Shown here piece after piece: positions 27,697-39,700 of a stretch of 53,257 nt of DNA (position 1 is the stretch's first letter; the number at the start of each line of letters is the position of its first letter). Origin of the DNA: an uncultured Gammaproteobacteria bacterium (lineage in GTDB: Bacteria > Cyanobacteriota > Vampirovibrionia > LMEP-6097); NCBI GenBank assembly GCA_964410425.1, contig CAYPGT010000002.1:1-53257 (forward strand), in the 5' to 3' direction. The notes beneath the pieces were generated by a model. That model saw only the letters and a program-made list of their open reading frames with translations. It did not search any database and was not told where the DNA came from. The translations under genes were made by a program, and so were the position numbers.

Positions 27697-27714
27697 TGCC
27701 CTAGGTACTTACAT

Positions 27715-30700
27715 ATGAGGGGAAATTTTTTCCACCAAAATTTTCTAAAGAAGCTAAATAGACTGCTTGTCAATCTGTTCTTGTTAGCTATTTTTCTTTT
27801 TCAGCAATCGTATGTTAACTTGTTAATGCTCAAAGCTGAGGCTGCAGAGCCGATACCTACTGGGATTGACTTCAATGCTGTGATCAAAAGTAGAGATGAT
27901 AATCTGGCCAACGGTAAATCAAAAATAAAATTCTCTATTCAACAAAGCGTAATTCAAGATCTCGGAGACCAGAAATTTACGGCCTTTCTTTTCTTTGGAG
28001 ATGATTTCTATAAGAATTATCAATACTTTACAGGTAAATACTCAGATTTCAAAGAGCTTGAGCATGAATATACTAAACATGGTAGCTATAAACCCCTATT
28101 AATAGTGTATTCAGAAACTCTTAAGAGTAGAGTATTTAAGTTTCTAGATCCTATCATCGTTGAACAGAAGGATGCCTATAAGCCTATCGCTCAAGGTGCA
28201 ACAGTTCTCAAGACCCACGATGCCATAGCTAATACTGTCACCGTCAAGTTTAGTGGACTGGGAAGTTTTGATCCACAGGCTACTGGCAGCACTAATCTAA
28301 CCTATTATTGGGATTTTGGAGATAGTGGTTCTACCAATACTAAGAACCTAGAGATTAGTCACACATATAAATCAGCTGGAAGCTTTTCTCCGACACTAAT
28401 TGTAGAAACCATAGATGGTCGCCGTAGTGATAAATATGAATTACCATCGATCACAATTGATGAAAACACCATAATCGACTATAACAAACGATCATTTGCC
28501 GCTGATATCATTCCAACAATTCTATCTAAAATAAATCAAGCTCCATTATTAGATGCAAAGGTTGCAATTGGATTTAAAACTATTAATGAAAACTTGAAGC
28601 TAAGCACTAAGAAATTTACAGTATTTGTATTCTATGGTGATAATTTCTATCGATCATATGAACAATTCACTAATAAATTTTCGGAGTTCCCCAGCATCAC
28701 TCATATTTATAAGGAACCTGGTAGCTATAAACCATTAGTTATAGCCTATTCAAGTGACTTACAAGATAGGTTGTTTAAATTCCTTGACCCTATACAAGTG
28801 ACTAAAGTTGGAAAGGATGTCTATCTTCCAATAGCTCAGGCAAGATTAATAGAGAGAGTAGATGATAGGAATGCTAATACTGTTACTGCAAATTTTTCTG
28901 CGGAAGGAAGTTTTGATCCGATAGATAATTCTAGTAATTCCTTAAATTATTTATGGGATTATGGCGATGGTAGTCAGTCGGAAATAACTAATCAGGATAT
29001 ATCTCACATATACAATGCTCCTGGTACTTTTAATCCTAGCCTTACTGTCAAAACGGCAGACGGCAGAACTAGTACTAAGTATGATCTTGAACCAATTATA
29101 ATCTCCAAGGAGGTTGTCTGTTTAGAGTCACGAGATTCATGGATTAATATAGGCGTTTGTCAAGCTGACTGTGGTGGTATTGCTGGCAATCAATTGCAGG
29201 CTAATTTATGTGATGAAGAAAGATATATAGAATGTGTAAGCCCTGAATGCCGGTCTAATTCATTTACAATACTGAATGATTATGTCGAAGCCGAGCAGTA
29301 TCTTTCTTTTGATGCAGACACCAGTGGCTTTGATGATGAAAGCAAAATAGCTTTTAGGTATATAATCAGCTCTGCTTCCGAGCAGACTCGTGAACAAATT
29401 TATAAACAGAGTAGGTTTTATATAGATGAAGCAGGATCATACTCGGTAACATTAGAAATATATGAGAATTCATTCAAAGCATCAACTTATACCCAAGTTA
29501 TAGAAGTTGCAGAAGCTAATAAGCCACCAGTAGCTAATGCTAGTGCAGATAAATATACAGGCGAGGAGAGCTTGCAAGTGAATTTTGATGCTTCAGCCTC
29601 ATATGATCCAGAAGGAAGGGAGTTAAGTTATGAATGGGACTTTGGCAATAATGAGCTAGTCAGTGGAGTTAAGGTGACTCGCAATTATACTGATCTAGGA
29701 ACATACAGAGTTAGCCTGAAGGTAACTGATGACAGGGGGCTTGCTTCTATAGTTAAATTAAATGATATAACAGTTACTGAGAAAAATTATCCTCCTAATG
29801 CTAATTTCGTGCAGAATGTATTTGACTGTAAGGTTGACGAACAAGGCAAGATAGCTCTAGAGCAAAAACTAGATGATAAATTCTTCTGCAGTATAGAGCT
29901 TGATGGCTTATTAAGCTCCGATCCTAATGGCAATATAAGTAATTACACTTGGTCAGTATCATTTTATAATCCAGTAACAGAACAAACAGAAAACTTGATT
30001 TTGGATAAACCTAATAGCCCTAAATTTACATCTAAGTTCGATAAATTTGGAATTTATAATACTCAGCTGACAGTTACAGATGCTGGTGGACTATCAGACA
30101 TCCACTCTTCTCAGTTTGAAATACTGGAACCTAGTCCAGTGCTGAAAGCTGAAGTTCAAGATAGAGTAAATGATTTAGAGAATAGTAGCTCCACTCTAAC
30201 CTTTAGTGCTAATGGATCAATTTATTATCAGAATAAGCCTGAGTTCAATCCTGGTGCAGCAATACTAGACTATATTTGGGACTTTGGAGATGGGTCCAAT
30301 GGACAAGGATTAGTGACAGTACATCAATATACTAAGGCAGGAGTCTATTCTCCAATACTTAGAGTCAATATAAAGACTGACGAGAATAAAACTGTACTCG
30401 CGAGAAAGAATCTAGAATCAATTGTTGTTACAGGAGTGTTACCGGTAGTAGGCTCTCTTAGCTTCAGTAACTTACAAGCAATAGAAAACGAGGAAAGCTC
30501 AATTGACGCAGTCACATTTGGTTCTATCAGTAGAGAACAATATAAGTGGATTTATCGTGCTTATGAGAAAGATACTAACGGTAAAACCATACTGGCAGAT
30601 AGATCTAGTGAGTTTAATGAAGCATATGGTGAAGTAGCTTCAAGTATTCTTGATGCCCCGCAGAGCTTTACAGAAGCTGGTCAATATCAGCTAGTGCACC

Positions 30701-33700
30701 AATTAGATGATAAGCCTATACTCAGTGAGACTCTCACTGTCCTACCAAATCAAATCCCCATCCCTAATCTTCAACTGACATATAGTCCTGGCTCAAATTA
30801 CGTGGCTATGAGTGCTGAAGGTAGCTATGATCCTAAGAATTATGAAATAAATAGTTACGAATGGGATTTTAATGATGGAACAACCGCGCAGGGAATTACC
30901 GCATCTCACACTTACCTCAGTAGTGGAATCTATTATATCAAACTGACCGTAGTAGACTCTAGGGGACAAGTAGCTAATGCTTTTAGTAAGGCGATAGTAG
31001 TGGGGGACTTTGCTGATACCATCTCTGATGTACCGCAATATGTCAAAGTTCCTGACGAAGAAAATAGCGATGAGGTGATCTCTGCTGATTTAATGTCACG
31101 TATGAAATTTCAGAGTACCGACGATCCAGTAAGCGATTTTGATAATGTTGCCAATATACCGAACAATGACAATGGTACTCCTATACTGGGCTTAGTATTA
31201 CCATCTGAGGGTGTTTGTACTACTGGTAGTGCTGGTAGCTGCCAGTGTAAGTCTAGCTACGCTTCTAACATATCTATTTCAAGTGTAATATTCGATTCGC
31301 CAAATGAATCACGCATTCAGGATAGGGGAGCGGCTACAGTTGAAATCTTGGGTAGTAATTTCTGTCAAGCTCAGCATGCAGTGAAGGTTAGCGTTGACGG
31401 TGGAGACTTGGAAGATAGACCAAGTGTGTTTGTTAATAACGGTAAGCTAGTAGCTAAACTCAAGGCTAAAGATTTCAGAGGATCTAGCTTGAAGATTAAA
31501 GTTAATCAGCAAGCTACGAGTAACAACTTATACTATAGTGCCGAGAAAACTTTTACAACTCCTAGTTATACTCCTGAGCTAAAAACATATAAAGTGCAAG
31601 ATGGCAATTCAGTTAAAATTGATTACAACATTCCCAATATTTTTATTGAAGGTGCTAATGGATATGGTAACGCTTATCATATCTTTAGAGATGCCATGCC
31701 TGTAGTCTATGACAGTGATACCATGATTTATTCTAAGAACCTTCGCTTGGAGACTGGCACTGCCAATCAAGCCAAGTTAAAAATTCATCTCAATGGTAAT
31801 AGATTCGATGGTATTAGAGTGTGGGTGAATGGTAGCTTAGTTCTCTCCAAGGATCCAGCTGCTGGTAATAAATTCTATGATCTAGTCTCTGATGCTTTCA
31901 CCATCGCTACTGGTCCTCTCGATCTACAGATTAAGATTATTGGCCCGTCTACTAATGGAGTACAAGTTAAAGCTGTCACTGTCTATACTGCTCCACCTAA
32001 ACCGACGATTAATAATCTGAAACTTGACTTATTTGGCGATAAAAATTCCAAGAAGAAAACTGTAACTATCTCTATGGATACAACTCCGAATACGAGACTG
32101 CAAGCGGTACACCTCAACAGGAAATCAACTCAAGGTACTAATGCTGGGAAGTATAAAATACTTCAGGCTCTAACAAGCAATGGTAATAATACTGGCAGTA
32201 AAGTCAATCTAACTTTTGGTGAAGAAAACTTTATGCCTGGCACACATTGTGTTTATTTTTATCTAACTAATGGAAGTAAGTCTGATGCAGTCATGGAAGA
32301 TTACATTAAGAATAATCTAGTCAAACCTTTTAACCAGGCTACAGCCCAGGGTAAGTTTGCGTTTATTAATCAGAGTCAATTCAATTATTTACAGGGTAAT
32401 GCTCTGTCTATTCAGCATGGGGTCTGCTTCAATGAAGATCACCAAGTAAACTTAAAGATCAGCTCTCCAGAGACCCCAATAATCACCCAACAGAATAATC
32501 AAACCTGTGAGATCCAACTAAGCAGTGATGCTCCAAACGATAAAATCCGCGATGGTTGGATATATGAAGTGCAAATCTTCGATGGAGCGAACCAGGAGAG
32601 TTCTAGTCATGTGATAGATGTACCTTTCAACAAGCCTGAGCATAAGGCGCAAAGAGAACAGATTAAGTTTGATATGAGTAGAGATTATTTAGGTGATCGT
32701 AATATGGTGATTCGCGCACACTACTATGATCCAGATACTTACTTAACTTATGTCGGCGAAGTTTCCACTCAGCTGAATGTTGTGGAGGATAAGAGCCCTA
32801 TCGCCAAAGTAACCACTGACGACATCAAGAAACTAATACTAGAACCAAGTGATAACCCTAATGAAAGAGCTACTTTCCTCGGTTATAATAGCTACGATCC
32901 TAACAGAGCTTCGAAGTTTGGGTCTCACATAAATGACGGCATCAGATCGTATGCTTGGCAGACTCAGTTTAAGAACTTAGAAGCTACTGCTGATGCTGAG
33001 TTCACTAGCCTAAGCTCAAATTATGATCCACACGCTAATGTGTTCTATATAGGCCCAAGTAAGGACCCAGGTATCTATAGGGCTCAACTTATCGTAGAAG
33101 ATTTCTATAAGAATTCTGCTAGCGCACTTTCCGACAGTGTTCAGGTGATCAGACCAGGTCAAAGTTTAGTAGCGTCTCTCAGCGTAAATAACGCTAGTAA
33201 AATCTTCGAGCCTGATCTTAGTGGCAAGAGTGAGGTAAGTCTCAATGCTAGAGTGAAAGTAATCACAGCCAAGAATAACCCACCTATCTCCTTAGGCTAT
33301 AAGTTTATTTATAATGATGGATTAGAAGAGAATGGCTCAGTGAGTATTGCTGATGTTCAGATCAATAAATATATTGACCTAAAGACATTAACTGAACGTA
33401 AACATACTTATGTTAAAGGAGAATATAATCCACAGCTAGAAGTCAGTGCCAGCTTCACTGATGGACATGCAGAGAGTTGGACAGTATCAGCTGGAACGGT
33501 TACTATCGCTAAGCTTCCTACCCTTGTAGCTTTCACCCCTATTATTGCCAATCTGGGTCCCAAGGATATCCCTAATCCTGGGTTTAAAGCTGAACTTAAG
33601 GTTACTAGTAAGAGTAAATATGGAACCAAGGTGTCAGCGTTTGGCTGGGACTTTGGTGATGGCACGAGCTGGACCTATGCTGGCGCGAATCCAGACACTG

Positions 33701-36700
33701 ACTTCATGAAGGCTTCTGTTACAGACACTAAGCATACCTATAGTGATGTGGGTACTTATCAAATTAAATTCTGGGTGAAAACTATTGATGAACCTGAGCC
33801 CATTGCCTTTGCGCTGAAGCCTTTAGTCATAAGGGATATACCTGCACCAGTGATCACATCACTAATGATTAACAAACAAGCTGACAATGTAAAGGTGAGT
33901 GATGAAGAGATCATTACTATAGAAGCAGAAATCGCCACGAAAATTACCTTGCAGAGAATGGAAGTGCAAGTATATGACAAGGGAACTAATGAGGTAATGT
34001 ACTCTAAGACCCTCACTGGTAATGTAGCTACTAAGTTTAGAGAAAGTTTCACAGATCTTTATTTATCTCCTGGTCGCTATATCCTAGACATACTTGTGTT
34101 TGATGATCTAGAACAGAGAGGGGCTGGTGATTTGGAGTTTGTTGTAGAGAAGACTAAGATACAAGATATCGCTATTGATATGAGTGATCTGGAAAACATA
34201 TTAAAGAGAAATAAGAATTATACTTACGATAGAATTCAAAAAATACCTGCTCAGATTAATAAGCGCTTAAAGGAAATCAGGATTTATAATAATTCTAAGC
34301 TAATCAAGTCATATACAAATGTTTTAGATGATACGACACGGTATATGGAATCGGATGATTATAGTGAGGAAGCAATTCCTGATTCTAATAATGGAGAAGT
34401 TCAGCAGATTGATGATAGATATTTAGAATCAGATCTTACTTATGAAATAAATGAAGGAAATAATTCTATATATTTTGAAGCCACTTTGCCAAATGGCAAG
34501 ATCATTAAATCAAAAACTTTCAATATTATATTAGACTCGATTGAACCTTTAATAGAGATTGATACTCCAGTTGATTACTCGACATATACGTCAAGTAATC
34601 TTATTTTAGCAGGTGATGTATATGATGATAATCTTTCACAACTTTTCTATAAGATTAATAATGGTGCTTTTAAAGAATTTACTGCTAATAAAGATATTGA
34701 CGAGACGGATCTTTGGACTTTTGAAAAGGAGATTGATTTAAGTAGATATCAAATCAACTTAAATGATCGAAATATCGTTGAAATTATGTCTATAGATAAA
34801 GCTGGAAATAAAAGATTTGAACACAAAACGTTTTTTTATAATAATTCTACAGGGGGAAGGAAATTTCTCAATACCACAAAGTTCAATCTAGATGATCCTT
34901 TCTTTAATGATAAGCCTTCTGATTGCGTTTTACCTTTTGTAAATAATACTGTTGGTTTCAGTGACGGTAGCTATCCTAGTTTTGATGGGTCACGTTACAC
35001 AATACCTCAAGGTAAAGCGTTTGATATAGCATTTAACGCCAATGTCTGTGATGATAACGAATTAGGTACTGAACGGACAAATTTTGCATTTAATGTAAAT
35101 CCCGCCATCGAAATGGTTTCAGTTACTAACCAAAGAAGAACAGTACTAGGTGCTTTTTATACACTTGATAATGGTCAGCTTATAGATACAATAGCTGATT
35201 CTGAATCGTCTTATAGAACATACATAGATACAAACTTGACTCCAAATGGTGATGTTGATTCCTCTAGTTTGCATCCTTATGTTACACAACCTTACTTTTT
35301 GTTTGAAGGAATGAACAGCCAATTAGGCAATAGATTTGATATAGATGTAGGTAATATGAAGGATGTTTGGTCAAGCGGCAGTGTCTCTTACTATCTTCAT
35401 GCAGCATGGATAAATGAATTAAACAAAACTGGTACTAATGTAACTTTAGACCCTGGTATTTCGTTTAATGTTGTTCCTGGAAACATTGGTGATGCAATAC
35501 CATCAGTATCATACAAGACAATACCGGATGTTTTATTTGCAGGACATAATATTGATCATTTAGAAATGACTATTGCTGTTAAATCAGTTACTCCATTTAG
35601 TGCGTCAAATCTAAAAATATACCAATATAGAAATCCAACTTATAGAATACAGCTAGACCCTATATTACATGGGTTGCAAATAACTCCAATGACAGCAATG
35701 AGCAATGATTCATATGGAAATTACATGCAAAATTTTAAAATTACAGCTGATAATTTACCAGCTTTATCTGGTGGTGATAAAGGTCATAAAATCCACATTA
35801 CACTGAGCAATCAAGAGGATAGTGATTTTGTTTTGGCTCAAGGCTTTGTAAACTTAAATGTTTTGCCTCTACCTGAAAAATATCTTTTTGTTGAAATTGA
35901 AGAGAAGCTTGATGGTCTTAGCCCAGAACAAATTAAAAAAGAAAAGGGGTTTGTTTCTCTCAGACCTAAGAATTTTAATATGCATATCCATTATATTGAT
36001 GACGATGGATTAATTCCAGAAGAAAAGCTTGAAGGTTTTGATCCGAGTAAGTCATTAATGCTTAATAATTTACTGATTACTAAGTATGATTATGCTAATA
36101 AGTCTTCTGTAGTTAATGGTCAAGAATTATCGTTTAAATTAACCAAAACTGAAGCTTCCGATAAATATCCTGGATATCATAAAAGTACATATGAATCTTT
36201 AGGACTGGTGAATGGTGGAACCTTATTCAAAGATGAAGTATCTCTTGAATTTAAGGTTGATTTAGTTGCACATTTTGATAAACAGAAGGAAGCAGGCTTT
36301 ATTTTTATCGATGATCCAAAAAGGCAAATTGATCAAGTAACTTATAAAATTGATCCGATACCTGTTGCAATGACAAACTTATCATTAGATACAGATGAAA
36401 TATTTTTCGAGCCATCATTCAATACATCGATAGGTGAGAATTTTGAAATTGCCTCTAATGAATTTAATTTTAGTAGCGAATTTGATTATGATGAGAAGCT
36501 CACTAATAAATTTAGATCCATAAGCTTTAATTTCAAAGCAGACGATCCTGACAAACCAAAGAAACAGAAAAATTATAAGCCAGAATTAAAACTTAATAAG
36601 AGTAAATCTAAAAATGCTTCTATTGAGTTTAAAGGAATTGGTCATGAAGAAGATATAGATATTAATGATTCCAGTTTTGCTAGTTCAAAATTAAACATAC

Positions 36701-39700
36701 CAATAAATTTAGCGTTAAACTCTAGAAGTGATATTCTATTGAAAAAACAAGAAGCAACTGACTTAAGCAAAACACATACTTTAGTCATACCTTTTTCAGT
36801 TGTGACTAAGTCTGTTACTGATCTTGATGTTCGCCTTAAAGGTATCTACGAAACAGATACGACTCCATTACAAGATCCAATAGACGAAACAACGGAAACA
36901 AATATAACACCGCTGGAAAATACGATCGTTGTGAAATTTATGGACTTCCCGTCTTTTGATAATCGTAATCTCCTGAATCAAAGGGTCAAAATTAAAGGTT
37001 CTGATGGCAAAGAGAACATGTACTTGTATTCTAAAATCAGCAATATTGTTGGCAAGAAATTTGATCCACTTGAACTTGAGTTGCAACTTTTTGACGAAAC
37101 TAGTTCTACCATTGGTGATCCAATTATAATTAATGGCTCAGTACTAAAGGGAAATAATGTGGTATCGCCAATTAAATCAAAAGGATACAATAGTTCAATA
37201 GAAAATATTTCCATTACCAAGAAAATTAATACTAACCTCACACAGTTTTTAGGTGAAAGTGACTTTAAAACTAATATGCTAGATGCAGAATTTGTTGGAA
37301 TTAAACTAAGAAGAGATCGAGCATATCTAGCAACTTTAGTGGATCAAGGAGACATAGATGAATACTATGAAGTTGATGAGAATGATGCTTTTAGGTACCA
37401 GAAGTTAGAAATAGATCATGGATATAGAAATCACTGCTCAATAAGAGTCAATGATCGACCAGTGCTTAGTCCTTATACTATAGCTGATGAGTCAGATCTA
37501 CAATATATAACCATTAATTTTTCATCTGCTAGTAAAAATACTGCGAAGATTTGGGTTTTAGATAGTGAAAGAAATGATTTCAAATTTTCTAATGATGTGA
37601 TATATACTTCAACAAATTTTGATACTCCCTTTATTATTGTTAACAAAGAGAACCATAAAATTAATTACAATGGTGGTATTTTCAATTTCAATGGTTTTAG
37701 AGCACCAGAAGATAAGTCACGTTATTCAATTAATTTTGTAGTGGCAAAAGGTAATGCTGATCCGAATGTTGTCGCGCAAGGTGGATTCGATTCTAATACG
37801 GGAGTGGTTTGTTCGATTGAAGTTGTTAAAGATATACCAAATGCAGAGATTCTTATTCAAGGATTAGAGAAAGGTGTTTTGAATAGTATACCTCTAGGAA
37901 GATCCTATCCAGTAATCGTGAGTACTAATCCTACTCGATCAATTGATGGTGTTAGAATGGGCATTGCTTATCAAGACCCTAAAAATCCAACTAATACAAT
38001 CACGAAATTTATTTCTTATAAGAGGGATGGTGCGTTTATCCTTGTAGACTTGGATGAAGTTGTTCCTCTGCATCAAATAGGTATAAAATACACTCTTATT
38101 GCTGAATTGAGATATAGTGATCCAACGGTCGCTAATGGTTATAGCGTTAAAGACGAAACTAGAGATTTCATATTAGTTGAAGACACCGAACCAATCATAA
38201 CCTTCGGTACGGATGGGATTAATGATCTTGGTGATCCTGGTTCTGGCAATAATGACGGTGAACCGAATGTGATCTATGCTCCAGCTGAGCAAGATTATGT
38301 ATTTGATAGAACCATTACATTTACAGGTATTAAGAATGAAGATGTCAATAAGATTAGCTTCAAGCTCATAGATAAAGCTGCTAATCAAGAAGCATTAAAC
38401 CCAGTAACAGTACGTTCTACAAGTCCGACTACGAATGCCGATGAATATACCTATAATATCTCTACTATTATTCCTTTTCAACGAATTGAAGATATTAAAG
38501 AATATATCTTAGAAGCGTACTTTGATAATCAGAGACTGAGTCAGACTGCAGAGTTCTTTATTATTGATGATCCAGTGTTGAAAGTTGATATCCCTGATTT
38601 TCTGGAATTTGATGAAAATGGGACTGATGCTATTCTGCAGTTTACAGCAAATATTGATAATGGTTTTGAAAGAGATATGCATGTTGAATATACTACGTAT
38701 ATTGATGGGGATCCTGAGAAAGGATTGGAGAACTCCGAACCATATACTACAAAGCCTATTCAAGGTAATGAATTGACTGTATCTCAAGAGTTTTCTAGGT
38801 CTATAGATATAAATGTGTCGTCTTTATCTGTAATTCGTAAAGGATTGCTTATTGCAGATGATTTAATCCTATTAGAGGCGATATCAGGTGCAATTGGGAC
38901 TACTGTGATTGCTAATAGAAAGAAAATTGAAAAAACCTTTTCTACTCTCGCTGCTTCTGCAATGCTCGCTACCGAGAACTTAGTAAAAAATACTAGAATA
39001 TCGTTTGGTACCAAACAGCCATTATTTGATTTCAAAATCATTGGCTCTGATGGTAATGCTGTGGAATTTATGGATGGAAGTAGTTCTACTTATAAATTAC
39101 GTGTTACTAGTGCCTTAAATTTTGGAGAAGTATATCTTTGTCAAGAAGTTGATCAAACTGATCAATGTAATGAAATCGAAACGGGTGAATATCAATTAGA
39201 TACTTTTGAAGAAAAAGGTCCCTTTACTTTTACATTACCTGATGGTAAACCTAAAAATCTAAGTACTAGTTATGTAAAAGATTTAGAAATAAAAGCCCCT
39301 CCTGTAATTCCTGGAACGAATATTGGTATATCTACAATTAGAGTAAGGTATTATGACAGGGATCGTGATTCAACAGTATTTCTCTCTGCAATGACAATGT
39401 TATTGTCAAAAACTTCTGATAATTGGTGTATTACTAAAGAAGTTGCTAGATTAAAGGGATTGGCTAATCCTAATCTAGCACTACCTTTTATTGCTCGATT
39501 TATTGACCATGCAACTAGAGTTAGAGATTCGATTAGTGATGAAGGTATAGTTGTCAACAATCATCCATATACCTTCTTTAAAAATGATTTGCGTGGAATC
39601 AAATATGATCTTTGGAGATTAGTTCCGAAGACCCAAGGTAAATATTCTATCTCAAATCCTGATGCAGCCTTAGGGTATTGTATGTCATTAGCTGATCATA

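Noticed and set aside
30793-39560. Multiple 60-100-aa minus-strand and off-frame ORFs inside the giant gene (for example 30793-31038, 33408-33665, 33759-34052, 36978-37241, 38784-39041)
   Set aside because: All lie fully inside a 12.4-kb uninterrupted ORF with clear domain signatures. Their translations are low-complexity, so they are treated as antisense artefacts. The same reasoning applies to the antisense ORFs listed inside asnB, rfbB, DegT, the GatZ-like gene and the membrane protein genes.
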